From a virus: a DNA stretch of 64,000 bases. The notes under the pieces are model-generated. The model saw nothing but the letters and a program-made list of their open reading frames with translations. It was not told the origin of the DNA and did no database searches. Of the stretch, positions 38,343 to 48,464 are shown one piece after another; the first letter of the stretch is position 1; the number at the start of each line of letters is the position of its first letter. The stretch covers positions 30,101 to 94,100 of IMG/VR virus record IMGVR_UViG_3300032242_001916; one strand, written 5' to 3'. The translations under genes and the position numbers were made by a program.

Positions 38343-38932
38343 TGTCATATATTAATAATTTACATATATCTCATGAGGTTGTTGAAGGCGCAGAAAGAGC
38401 TAAGACACTTAGCAAAGCATTTAGCAGCGATAATAGGTATGCTTACAAAGCAGATGCAATTTTAATTGGGTATGCTCCATTAGAGCCTTTTATGCCAGTG
38501 TATTTAGAAGGGCTTCAAGATGGAATGTCGGGGGTATGGGTGGCAATAACGGTAAATCACGTGTTTAATGTGGGCATTCCTTATAGCCTGCAGGTACATT
38601 TAGGTACAAATAAAACCTTACTGTCTTTGGCTAAACCAGCTAATGCTGTACATGTTACCGTTGTAAATCAAACTGTTCAGCCTGAAATTACTCCTGAATC
38701 AGAAACTTTAATGCATTTTTCTCAAAAAAAGACCGGTGGTTATTATTACGAATACTCCGACCTTTTACCAATACCTATAGAAAATAATCATTTTAAAGGA
38801 TCTACGTATGACCCTGTTGCAGATTATTTAACTCAATCTTCTACAGAGCCTTTTACTACACCTTCTATTTATAATCTTTATACTCCTAGTGTAAACTTAG
38901 TTAAAGAAGCTAAATGGAGTAGGAAAAGTTAA
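38342..38932 (+). CDS. Baseplate hub, C-terminal part
   Basis: G...L.P..PVYLEG....SGVW....VNH. Confidence 0.6.
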   Translation: MSYINNLHISHEVVEGAERAKTLSKAFSSDNRYAYKADAILIGYAPLEPFMPVYLEGLQDGMSGVWVAITVNHVFNVGIPYSLQVHLGTNKTLLSLAKPANAVHVTVVNQTVQPEITPESETLMHFSQKKTGGYYYEYSDLLPIPIENNHFKGSTYDPVADYLTQSSTEPFTTPSIYNLYTPSVNLVKEAKWSRKS

Positions 38933-39678
38933 TGGGATATAGCGAGTACTCATCTTATGGAATTGACCCAATAGGTAAAACAAGATTTTATGGGGTATAC
39001 AGCGGTATTGTTACCAATAAAACAGACCCTGAAAATAAAAAACGTTTATCTGTGATAGTTCCTCAGATTACTGGCGGGGATCAGTTAGTTCTTGTAAAAC
39101 CCTCGGCTCCATCAGATACCTTATCTAGCATTCATTTGCCTGCTATTGGAGCTAATGTATGGATAATCTTTGAATCGGGAGACCCTAATTATCCAGTATG
39201 GATGAGCTCTAATTCTACAACTCCAAGTTATTATGGATCTTTTTATGACACAACAACTCAAACATTATCTGCGGCTAATACGCCTACAGTTATTACGTTA
39301 AACACAACTGCGGAAAATAATGAAATTACGATAGATTCAACATATAAGTCAAGAATTAAGTTTAATTATGCTGGAACATATAATGTTCAGTTTTCTGCAC
39401 AGGTTTCAAATAATGGCACTTCTACGTCTAATTTTTGGTTACGCAAAAACGGCGTAGATGTTACATGGTCAAACGGAGAAGTAACTACTTCTAATCAAAA
39501 TCATCATGTTCTTCCTTCGTGGAACTATGTATTAACGCTAGCCGCTAATGATTACCTTGAGTTTGTATGGATGAGCAATGATCATGCTAACACTTTAGAG
39601 GCTCAAGAGGCTACTCCTTCTCCCGCATCTCCCGGAGTTGCATCGATGATTGTTACTGCCCAACTAATAAAAAGTTAG
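38932..39678 (+). CDS. Spike protein: gp5/gpV OB-fold plus a C1q-like C-terminal domain
   Basis: YSGIV....DP...RL.V.VP, LP.IG..VWI.FESGDPNYPVW. Confidence 0.8.
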   Translation: MGYSEYSSYGIDPIGKTRFYGVYSGIVTNKTDPENKKRLSVIVPQITGGDQLVLVKPSAPSDTLSSIHLPAIGANVWIIFESGDPNYPVWMSSNSTTPSYYGSFYDTTTQTLSAANTPTVITLNTTAENNEITIDSTYKSRIKFNYAGTYNVQFSAQVSNNGTSTSNFWLRKNGVDVTWSNGEVTTSNQNHHVLPSWNYVLTLAANDYLEFVWMSNDHANTLEAQEATPSPASPGVASMIVTAQLIKS

Positions 39679-39762
39679 TTAATTATGCTACATAACCTAG
39701 AATTTACCCTAATTTATAAGGAAGTATAATGATAAGATGTATATACAGATTGGAGATAAGTC

Positions 39763-40155
39763 ATGAAAGCAGTTGTTTTTCCCTTTCAGCTAGATAGCTT
39801 TGGGCGGATAGTATCTACTAAAGATTCTAATAAAATCTATATGGATAGGCTATTAACTGTTTTATCTACTATGGTTTACGATCGTCCAATAAAAAATAAT
39901 TATGGAACTAACCTTGCTCGCGCTATGTACGAAACTTATAATAGATCTGAAGTAGCTATACGAGAGGCTATAGAAAGAGCTATTGGTATTTTTCTTCCAG
40001 AAATTGAACTAGAAAGCTTTTCTATCACAGAGCCTAATGATCAAGGCATTTCAAATGTAGACTTATCAGTTATCTTACCGGATAGTACTATACAATCTAT
40101 TAGTATTAATACCGGTTACTTCTCCTCTAACGGTATATTATTAGGAAATGTATAA
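39763..40155 (+). CDS. Baseplate wedge gp25/gpW-like protein
   Basis: FPF, LST...DRP....YGT, AI..FLPE. Confidence 0.8.
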   Translation: MKAVVFPFQLDSFGRIVSTKDSNKIYMDRLLTVLSTMVYDRPIKNNYGTNLARAMYETYNRSEVAIREAIERAIGIFLPEIELESFSITEPNDQGISNVDLSVILPDSTIQSISINTGYFSSNGILLGNV

Positions 40156-41948
40156 TGAAACCTCCCACACAAATAGACTATACTTCACGTGATTATGATG
40201 CTTTAAGAAATGATTTAATACGCATAATTCAGGCAAGAATTCCGGAATGGAATGGCTTAGATGATTCTGATTTTTCTACAGCCATTGTAGATGCTTTTGC
40301 ATACCTTGGCGATATTATGTCCTACTACATTGATAGAGTGGCTAACGAATCACAGCTGCAAACAACTACAAAAAAAGATAACTTAATAAATTATGCAGAT
40401 CTTTTTGGATATAAACCTTCAGGTCCTACCCCATCTATAGCTAATATACTTTTTTCAAATAATACTTCTAATGCTGTAACCCTGCCTGCAGGAACACAGG
40501 CATATATTTCAATCATTTTAAATGATGGCACAAGTACTAAAGCTTATTTTGAAACACTTTCTTCTATAACAGTAGCTGCTAACGGCACAGCTATTGCTAC
40601 CGCTAGAGAAGGTAAAACTTCAAATACAGATGCTGCAAATAGTACTGGTATAGATCCAACTACTAAACAAGTTCTGCCAAAAGTAATTGGAACTTCAAAT
40701 GGATACGCTTACCAAGAGTTTACTATTTCAAATGAAACTAATGTCGTAGATTATTCTATAGATGTATACTCTGGACAAAGCAGCTCATTTAATAAATGGA
40801 CCTACTTTGATAATTTAATGGATGCTACCCCATTTACTACTGCTTACAGTACAAAAATGAATGGTGATGGAACTACAGCTATTATCTTTGGCGATGGTAT
40901 TAATGGTACTGTTCCAACTGCTGGAGATGATATTAGCGTTATTTACAAAGTTAGTGTAGGAGTAGCTGGAAACATTTCAAGCACTTCCTCTACAAACTAC
41001 CCAAATTTAGTAGTATCTTTTATTCCTGGAATTGGAAAAATTGCTACGGGAATTGCAGCAAAATTTGATACTACTGCTACTGGGGGCACTGACGGGGAAA
41101 GTTTTTCAACTTTACGGTCAAACATTGTAAGTGCAGTAAGTGCAAGAAACCGAGCAGTAACTCTTGCAGATCATAAAGCTTTAGCATCTATTGTTCCGGG
41201 TGTAGGTCGAGTCTCTGTAATTTCCGACGTACCAACTTCTGTAACTATGTACATGCAGCCTTACTACGACGGAACTTTAACTCCAGGGGTAACCTTGCAG
41301 ACTGCAAATGCATCTATTAGTGCCATTTCCGGAACTTCGGGAACTGTAACTGTAACCACTAGTACAGCTCATGGGTTTGTATCAGGAACTACAATAACTA
41401 TTACTGGGTGTGGCGCATACAATGGGACTTTCCCAAATATTATAGTTACCGATTCTACTCATTTTACTTACAGTAGCTCAATTACAGCTAGCGTTACTCC
41501 TTCAGCTGCTATTGCAGCAAATACCCTTTCAGTATCAAATAGTGCGTGGACTTATATAAAAAGAGATCTTTATAGATTCTTAATTAAGAGAATGTTAGTA
41601 AGTTCATCTCTAACTATTAACCCTCCTAACTATGCTTTATTAAATCTAGCTATGACGGTAACTATCAACAACTCATACAAAACCTCAGACGTAAAAGCTA
41701 AAATTGCTAACGTTTTGCTAAATACCGATAATGGAGTATTTTCATATGGGGGATTTGGGTTTGGGGATACAGTTGCACAATCCATTATTCAATCAGCAGT
41801 CATGTCAGTTCCTGGCGTTAACTATGTAAATATTACTATTTTAGCTAGAACAGGTTCTACAGGGGCTTCAGATGTATATTTAGATTTAAACGAAATACCA
41901 GTGCTTTATCCAGCTAACTTAACTTTAAATATGGTAGGCGGAATCTAA
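40155..41948 (+). CDS. Baseplate J-like wedge protein
   Basis: IDYTSRDY, FGDGING.VP, GGTDGES, RAVTL.D, VPGV. Confidence 0.9.
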   Translation: MKPPTQIDYTSRDYDALRNDLIRIIQARIPEWNGLDDSDFSTAIVDAFAYLGDIMSYYIDRVANESQLQTTTKKDNLINYADLFGYKPSGPTPSIANILFSNNTSNAVTLPAGTQAYISIILNDGTSTKAYFETLSSITVAANGTAIATAREGKTSNTDAANSTGIDPTTKQVLPKVIGTSNGYAYQEFTISNETNVVDYSIDVYSGQSSSFNKWTYFDNLMDATPFTTAYSTKMNGDGTTAIIFGDGINGTVPTAGDDISVIYKVSVGVAGNISSTSSTNYPNLVVSFIPGIGKIATGIAAKFDTTATGGTDGESFSTLRSNIVSAVSARNRAVTLADHKALASIVPGVGRVSVISDVPTSVTMYMQPYYDGTLTPGVTLQTANASISAISGTSGTVTVTTSTAHGFVSGTTITITGCGAYNGTFPNIIVTDSTHFTYSSSITASVTPSAAIAANTLSVSNSAWTYIKRDLYRFLIKRMLVSSSLTINPPNYALLNLAMTVTINNSYKTSDVKAKIANVLLNTDNGVFSYGGFGFGDTVAQSIIQSAVMSVPGVNYVNITILARTGSTGASDVYLDLNEIPVLYPANLTLNMVGGI

Positions 41949-42032
41949 TAGCCTTAGGTTTAAAAAGATTTATTGCAAAACATAAGACAATATAGTAGGG
42001 GGGAATTAACTAAAATCTTTTGGAGATAAAAG

Positions 42033-42857
42033 ATGGCAAATTTTCCATCCTCAGTATATCCGTTAAATACTAGAACGGATTTAATAGATACCGTTGTTGC
42101 TAACGACGTTAACACCCTTCAAGCTGAAATAAATGCTCTTGAAACTACTTTAGGCGTTGGAGGTTCTGGAAGTTCTTTACTTTACTCAAATTGGTCGTCT
42201 GGAACATTTACTCAAAGTGGCACAGTTTGGGCTAGCTTAAATGCGAGAATTGGTAATATAGAGCTTGGGCTAACCTCAACTATAAATACTCTCACCACTC
42301 TTCAAACTACCTTAGTTGGCTCTGGTAATTCAGTTTCTACCCTACTTTCGTCAACCTGGACTGGCACTTTTTCTCAAGGAAGTAGCTGGACAAGTTTACA
42401 GGCCCGCTTAATTAACATGGAACGCGGTGTTGCAACAAATGCTAGCGATCTTACCGCATATAAAACTCTAATTGGTAATGGACCATTTCAGCTATTAGAC
42501 GCAGATCTAACAGCAATTGCAGCTTTAAATGGAACGGTTGGTAACTTACGAACAAATGGTTCTGGTACTTGGTCGGTTGATTCTACTTCATACTTAAGTG
42601 TTTCTGCTGCTGCGGCAACCTATCAACCAAAAGATAATGATTTAACTGCTATTGGGGCTTTAACCGGAACATACGGATTTTTGAAAAAAACTGCAACTGA
42701 TACGTGGACTTTGGATACTGCTTCGTATCAACCATTAGATGCAGATCTAACGGCAATTGCTGGTCTTTCGGGAACACAGGGACAATTAACAACTGATGGC
42801 GCTGGCACTTGGTATGTAGAAGCTAGTATTAGTCCTCTTTTACTGGTAGGAATGTAA
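42033..42857 (+). CDS. Fibre protein with internal repeats
   Basis: 3x (Y/F)QxxDxDLTAI; 2x LLxSxW..GTF.Q..W.SL.AR. Confidence 0.7.
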   Translation: MANFPSSVYPLNTRTDLIDTVVANDVNTLQAEINALETTLGVGGSGSSLLYSNWSSGTFTQSGTVWASLNARIGNIELGLTSTINTLTTLQTTLVGSGNSVSTLLSSTWTGTFSQGSSWTSLQARLINMERGVATNASDLTAYKTLIGNGPFQLLDADLTAIAALNGTVGNLRTNGSGTWSVDSTSYLSVSAAAATYQPKDNDLTAIGALTGTYGFLKKTATDTWTLDTASYQPLDADLTAIAGLSGTQGQLTTDGAGTWYVEASISPLLLVGM

Positions 42858-42858
42858 A

Positions 42859-43179
42859 ATGGCTACTTGGAATTGGCTGTATATAGCCGCATTTTTTCAA
42901 ATTTTAGCTTTTATTATTGCTTTTACTCTCGCTGTGCACAACTTTTTTAAAAAGACTAATATTTCAGAAGCATTAGAAAGTGCAAGTATGGACAGGGTAG
43001 AAGAACGGTTAGAAAGAATTGAAAAGCAGTTTGGCCCAAATGGTGGCGGGTTGCGACAGGCAGTGAACGAACTAACGGTTAAACTTGGTAGAATAGAAGA
43101 GCGGCAAATAGACATTAGCGGAAAAGTTGCCCAGCTTGATGGTAAATTTGAACAACACATAGTTGAAAATAATAATTAA
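42859..43179 (+). CDS. Membrane protein with a coiled coil (holin-like)
   Basis: One TM segment; PNGGGLRQAV. Confidence 0.6.
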   Translation: MATWNWLYIAAFFQILAFIIAFTLAVHNFFKKTNISEALESASMDRVEERLERIEKQFGPNGGGLRQAVNELTVKLGRIEERQIDISGKVAQLDGKFEQHIVENNN

Positions 43180-43200
43180 TATTTAGGATCGGTGTAAAAA

Positions 43201-46200
43201 ATGGCCTTATATGGTAAGTACCGCTATGGTCTACCTCTTTATGGCGCTTTTGATAGTAGCGCAGTTAACAACATCTCCTACAATGCGTCGTTAACCGCAA
43301 TACAGAATGATTATGGAATCATTGAATTAATGTGGGGAACTGTAACTATTGATAGTACAGATACCGCAATTACTGACTGGAAAATTATCAGAACTGTGGG
43401 CGGTGCCCCTGACTACCCAAATACATTTACACCAGTAGTTGTATATGGAACTACTTCAGTAACCTCTAATGGAGGTAGTTCATATTCTTTAAGATACACT
43501 GATTATCAAAGTAATATTATAACTTCAAACACTTATACTTTTTTTGAAAATTACTTTCCTTCTGGAACGCAAGTAACTTATTCTCTTTGGGTATTCAATG
43601 GATTGCGTTGGATATTTGCAGGCCTTGCTGATCAAATTATTACGGGCGTAACTGAAACTACCGATAAAGTTTTGCGAATGCTACCTGCAGCTTGGACAAA
43701 CTCAGTTGGTGGCACTGGCGATATAACCGGCTATCCAAGCAGATATGATGATTCAACAAATACAGTTTTTAAAATTAACTCTGTTACTCCTAATTCTCCA
43801 AGTCGGGGGTACGTAACCTACACCACAACAACTTCAATGCCCATAAAATACTATGGACAGTATGCTTTGATTTCTGGAATAAGCATAGACGGATATAACG
43901 GTAACTATAATATAATTTTTAAAGACTCTAATACATTTTTTGCTGTAAATAATACGACTAATATTTCAGGTTTAGATCTTAGCGGTGCAACCGTAAGCGT
44001 TGCAGAAGAGACTTCTCTTTGGAAGTTTCTTAGTGGGTTTACTTTCTATTACGATAGATTGCGTACCGAAGTAAGTCTTATTGACACTATTAGTGACTAT
44101 AGACATACCCCATACAATATGCTTCCACTAGCAATCCAAACTCAAGGTTTTAATTACCGACAAGATTTAGGAACAAGTTACCTACGATCTATGCATAGAG
44201 TTGGCCATAGAATTAACTCTTTAAAAGGTACTGAAATTGGTCTAAAAATGTATGTGGGGTCTTTATTAAGCTCTTATTCAAGAAGATACCAATCTACAAA
44301 TTTATTTCTAAACTATAACGATTCTTCTTTTGAAGAATCTATAGGTAACTGGGATATAAATGACGGTAATACTTTTAGCGCAAAAAAATATGCAAACGCA
44401 GTTACTGACTTAGGTGTTGGTTATTCTACGTTATCTTCTCCTCTAAGGGATGGCCTTACTTTAGGAAAGATCATAAAGACAGCAGGCTATGGACTAATTA
44501 CTTCTGCCGGAACTTCTGACATTGTTTTAACTTCTTATAAAATTCCTGAATACACAATTTCTACTGTAACCCCCAACTCTCCATCAACGGGGTATGTAAC
44601 TTATGCCACGTCAACACCGACTAAATACAGAGATGATAATAGTGTGTATATCTCTGGCGTATCTCCGTCAGGGTATTCAGGTAGTTTTAACGTAACAATG
44701 TTGGACTCAAGCAGTTTTTATGTAAGAAACACTACTACTGCAACTCCAACTCTTTCTAGCGCAAAAATTAGGTCGTCTGTTTCAATACCTACAATTACAA
44801 GGACTATCCCAATAACAGGTGGAAGATCCTACATATTAACAGGCTACATACAAAAACTAACTGGAAACACTGGAGCTGCTAACGTAGCCGCTCAGATTAA
44901 TTGGTATGATAATCAGGGATACCCTATAAACACAAATACTGCCTATTCTACCGCAGTAACTATTGGTACGTCTTGGACTCTATTTACTTCTTCTTCAAGT
45001 TCTCCAAACTATATAGCACCGTCCAATGCCGCGTATGCTTCAGTAAATATTAAAATTACCAGCCCGGCAAATACGGATAAGTTTATTATTGACATGCTTA
45101 GCTTTACAGAAATGTCTGAAAGTACTCTCAACAGCATTGAATATATACCAATTGAAACAATGTTTGAAGAAGCAAATTCAACTGTTTTAGAAATAGATGG
45201 ATTTAGAACAAACCTTATTACTAACCCCGGTTTTAGTGAAGGTGTAGGTAGCTGGAGTACTCTTAATGGTTCGCTAATACAAGATTTTACTACTAGTACC
45301 TATGGAAATAGCTGCGCTAAATTTACTCCTACAAGCTCTGGAGCAGCTGTATCTTCAAACTGGATAGAAGTAACTCCTGGAGAATATTACACTTTCAGTG
45401 TTTATGTAAAATCTTCTTTAGCAAATAAAAGTGCAAAAATTGCTATTGAATTTAGTATTCCATCTGATACAGATCTTGATTCAGCTATTACAACCAGTGC
45501 AAATGGACCTTATTACAACCCAACAATAAATAAGACGTACTCTTCTTTAACTCCAATAAGTAATACCCAATTTACTAGGGTTAGTGTTAAAGCCAAAGCA
45601 CCAGGTTTTTCACCTATTATCGGTGTTCCAAAAGCAATAGTATCTATAGAACCTGATGGATATACTGCAGGTCAAAGTTGGTTTATAGATAGCGTTTTAT
45701 TTGAAAAGAACGCGCTATTATTGCCTTACTTCCAAGGAGACGGCGGACCTACCCCTACAGGAACTAATCTTTATACAGCTATTCATACTCCTGCTAATGA
45801 TTGTATTTGGGAAGTTAGGCCACGTGCTAACTTTGTTTATAATCCGTCTTTTGAAAATGGAATCACTAGTTTTTACACACCTAGTTTTACAGGAACAAGC
45901 GGCTCAGCAACACTAACCTCAATAACTACTGAAACTGTAGGGGGTTTAACTTTTGCTCCTAAACCTAGTACAGGCACAAGTTACTTTGGAAAAATTGCTA
46001 CAAATTCAACTACTACATCTTCAACAATACTAACTTCATTTAGGTATCCATACATGACTACGTCTAGTGGTATTCCTAATAGCCCTGCAGGTGGAGAATC
46101 TTTTGCTGCATCAGCTTATGTAACTTCAGCAGTAGCTGGAACGTACACCATTACATTTACAGATGTAACTAGTGGCATAACTTACTCAAATTCATTTACG

Positions 46201-48456
46201 GTAAGTACCCCAAGTATAGATTGGTACAGAATTCATGTTATTGGGTATGTAGGAAAACCTATTACAAGTAACCCTAGAGGTTTTATCAGTATCAAGTTTA
46301 CCCCAACTTCATCTCCGGCCGCAGTAGCTTGGTATGTAGATGCAGTACAAGGTGAATATGGTTCAGCTCCAACTTCATTTATTATTCCTGGAGATGCTAA
46401 TACAACCACAATTACTAATCTTTCAGAAACACTGCTTGGTGCAGGACTACTTACTAGCAATATTTCCTCTGTTGCACTTAATTCTCCAACTACAGACTAC
46501 GTAACTTACACAACAGCAACTCCACATAATATTTCTCCTGGAGATACTGTAACTGTTAGTGGAGTAACTGTTCCTGCAGTTCAGACTATTAGCGCAATTA
46601 TTAAAAACTCTACGCCGACAGTTTCTACAGACTTTGCTAATGGCCTTAACTCAATAACTACTTCGACGTTTAATACAACTGCTTTAACTGCGGCATCTAC
46701 AAATGCATCTTTATCTATAAACTCCTATACTCCTACAAGCACTGGATTTTATGCTATGGCAGACCAAACTTTAGGGTCTTTCCCAGCTACAACTACCTCT
46801 GTACAAGTATTCTCAAATGCATCAAGTGCAGGGGAAGCAGTTATTACTGCTAATACATCTGCAAATGCAAGTACTGCAAGTCCTTTCTTAAGTGTAGTTG
46901 CGGGTCGAGTTTACTACGCAGAAGTTAGAGGTATAGCACCCACATCTGGTAGATCAGTAACTTTAAATATAAAGTGGCTAGATGCTTCAGGATCTGTACT
47001 CAGCACTACTTCAGGAACAGCAGTTACTACTTCAGCTCTTATTACAAAATCTGCAACTAGTTCCTCGGGGAATAGCATTGTTGTAACAAGTTCGACATCT
47101 TTAGTAGCAGGTACTTCAACTAACCCGGGATCAATGATTCAAGGACCTAGTTCCAATTATCTTCCAGGCGGTAACGCAATTACTGCTATTTCAGGTGGTG
47201 GATCTTCCTATACCTTAACTATGCAATATCCAGTAACTACAAACTCAAGTACAACACAAAACATTGCTTTTGTTAATCCTATTAAAGTTACGGCACAAGG
47301 TACAGCTCCTACAGGCGCCGTAAATGCATACTTATCTATAAGTTTAAATGCGGCAGGTAACAATAACTTACACATTAATTACCCTAAATTTTTAGATCTT
47401 ACAACCACAAATATTACAGTAGGTAGTACAGCTAATTACAGTGTTGGCCAGTCAGTTGTTCTATCTGGTATAACAACCCCAACAGGATACAATTTAACCT
47501 CTACAATTACAGGCATCAATTCTGGAACTAACACCTTTACTATTGATAACAATAATGCAGCGGGATCTGTAACTGGAACTCCTAGAGTTACTATCCCAAA
47601 TAACTTTCTTGGAACTTTTGTTGCTTCAGTTCAAAATATAAGCCCGTACAAATTTGCAGTACCAGTTTCTGTTAACTATACAACCCCAACTGTAACTGGT
47701 GGAACAGTTTCTATTACTAATACCACTTCTGGTAAAAATACCTATAGCACTTCCGCTCAAATGTCGGGGTTGGGTAGAAGTCATTATTGGCCATCGGGGT
47801 ATGGCGGTAAGTTATCTAGGTTGTTTAAAACAATAGGTGATTACTTGCCAATGAACTCAAGTTACAAATTCCAAATTGGTGAGCAAAAACGACCTAATTT
47901 AGAAATAACACCTTCTATAATTTCTGCTAGTTCATTTGAAAATAATTTAACTAATTGGAAGCCAACTACATCTAATAGCGTTCTTTCTAGAACCTTAGCA
48001 AAAGGGTCTTTGTATTCAGAATATGCAGCGCTTAGTGGAAGTTGGGCTACCGTAACTAATACGGCTAGTAGTGAAGCAACTTTTGGTTTATATCAAACAA
48101 ATATTGCTTGCACTCCATTAACTCAATACGACCTAACAGCTGCGGTAAAATTCCCGGCAACGTCTGATCTAGGCACAGTTACTATGACAATAAATTGGTA
48201 CGATTCATTTGGAAATGATGCGTTTCAATACAATAGTGATGGATCTAAAGTTAGTTCATCAAATACCTTTACTATTACAAGTTCTGCAAAGACAACTATT
48301 AACCAGTGGTATCTCATAAGAAACACCGCGGATTTGATTATTATCTCTCCTCCAACATCTTACTCTTGTCGAGTGACTATTACAAATACTCCAAGTACTA
48401 CTAGAACAGGCACTAACACATTCCTAGTTGACAGCGTTACTTTAAAAGAAGTATAG
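43201..48456 (+). CDS. Large baseplate wedge / receptor-binding protein with CBM-like domains
   Basis: gpI-like KGTE.GL; repeated N.SFE....W and ..D.V..E domains; inserted beta modules. Confidence 0.75.
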   Translation: MALYGKYRYGLPLYGAFDSSAVNNISYNASLTAIQNDYGIIELMWGTVTIDSTDTAITDWKIIRTVGGAPDYPNTFTPVVVYGTTSVTSNGGSSYSLRYTDYQSNIITSNTYTFFENYFPSGTQVTYSLWVFNGLRWIFAGLADQIITGVTETTDKVLRMLPAAWTNSVGGTGDITGYPSRYDDSTNTVFKINSVTPNSPSRGYVTYTTTTSMPIKYYGQYALISGISIDGYNGNYNIIFKDSNTFFAVNNTTNISGLDLSGATVSVAEETSLWKFLSGFTFYYDRLRTEVSLIDTISDYRHTPYNMLPLAIQTQGFNYRQDLGTSYLRSMHRVGHRINSLKGTEIGLKMYVGSLLSSYSRRYQSTNLFLNYNDSSFEESIGNWDINDGNTFSAKKYANAVTDLGVGYSTLSSPLRDGLTLGKIIKTAGYGLITSAGTSDIVLTSYKIPEYTISTVTPNSPSTGYVTYATSTPTKYRDDNSVYISGVSPSGYSGSFNVTMLDSSSFYVRNTTTATPTLSSAKIRSSVSIPTITRTIPITGGRSYILTGYIQKLTGNTGAANVAAQINWYDNQGYPINTNTAYSTAVTIGTSWTLFTSSSSSPNYIAPSNAAYASVNIKITSPANTDKFIIDMLSFTEMSESTLNSIEYIPIETMFEEANSTVLEIDGFRTNLITNPGFSEGVGSWSTLNGSLIQDFTTSTYGNSCAKFTPTSSGAAVSSNWIEVTPGEYYTFSVYVKSSLANKSAKIAIEFSIPSDTDLDSAITTSANGPYYNPTINKTYSSLTPISNTQFTRVSVKAKAPGFSPIIGVPKAIVSIEPDGYTAGQSWFIDSVLFEKNALLLPYFQGDGGPTPTGTNLYTAIHTPANDCIWEVRPRANFVYNPSFENGITSFYTPSFTGTSGSATLTSITTETVGGLTFAPKPSTGTSYFGKIATNSTTTSSTILTSFRYPYMTTSSGIPNSPAGGESFAASAYVTSAVAGTYTITFTDVTSGITYSNSFTVSTPSIDWYRIHVIGYVGKPITSNPRGFISIKFTPTSSPAAVAWYVDAVQGEYGSAPTSFIIPGDANTTTITNLSETLLGAGLLTSNISSVALNSPTTDYVTYTTATPHNISPGDTVTVSGVTVPAVQTISAIIKNSTPTVSTDFANGLNSITTSTFNTTALTAASTNASLSINSYTPTSTGFYAMADQTLGSFPATTTSVQVFSNASSAGEAVITANTSANASTASPFLSVVAGRVYYAEVRGIAPTSGRSVTLNIKWLDASGSVLSTTSGTAVTTSALITKSATSSSGNSIVVTSSTSLVAGTSTNPGSMIQGPSSNYLPGGNAITAISGGGSSYTLTMQYPVTTNSSTTQNIAFVNPIKVTAQGTAPTGAVNAYLSISLNAAGNNNLHINYPKFLDLTTTNITVGSTANYSVGQSVVLSGITTPTGYNLTSTITGINSGTNTFTIDNNNAAGSVTGTPRVTIPNNFLGTFVASVQNISPYKFAVPVSVNYTTPTVTGGTVSITNTTSGKNTYSTSAQMSGLGRSHYWPSGYGGKLSRLFKTIGDYLPMNSSYKFQIGEQKRPNLEITPSIISASSFENNLTNWKPTTSNSVLSRTLAKGSLYSEYAALSGSWATVTNTASSEATFGLYQTNIACTPLTQYDLTAAVKFPATSDLGTVTMTINWYDSFGNDAFQYNSDGSKVSSSNTFTITSSAKTTINQWYLIRNTADLIIISPPTSYSCRVTITNTPSTTRTGTNTFLVDSVTLKEV

Positions 48457-48457
48457 T
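48428..48457 (+). promoter_or_regulatory. Near-consensus SigA promoter at the head of the replication module; probably leaderless
   Basis: TTGACA-N18-TATAGT, ATG 7 nt downstream, no SD. Confidence 0.7.
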
Positions 48458-48464
48458 CAGTTCT

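Noticed and set aside
21657-47718. Diversity-generating retroelement or IS to explain the repeated module
   Set aside because: No reverse transcriptase or transposase in the window, no long near-identical template/variable pair, and no terminal repeats seen
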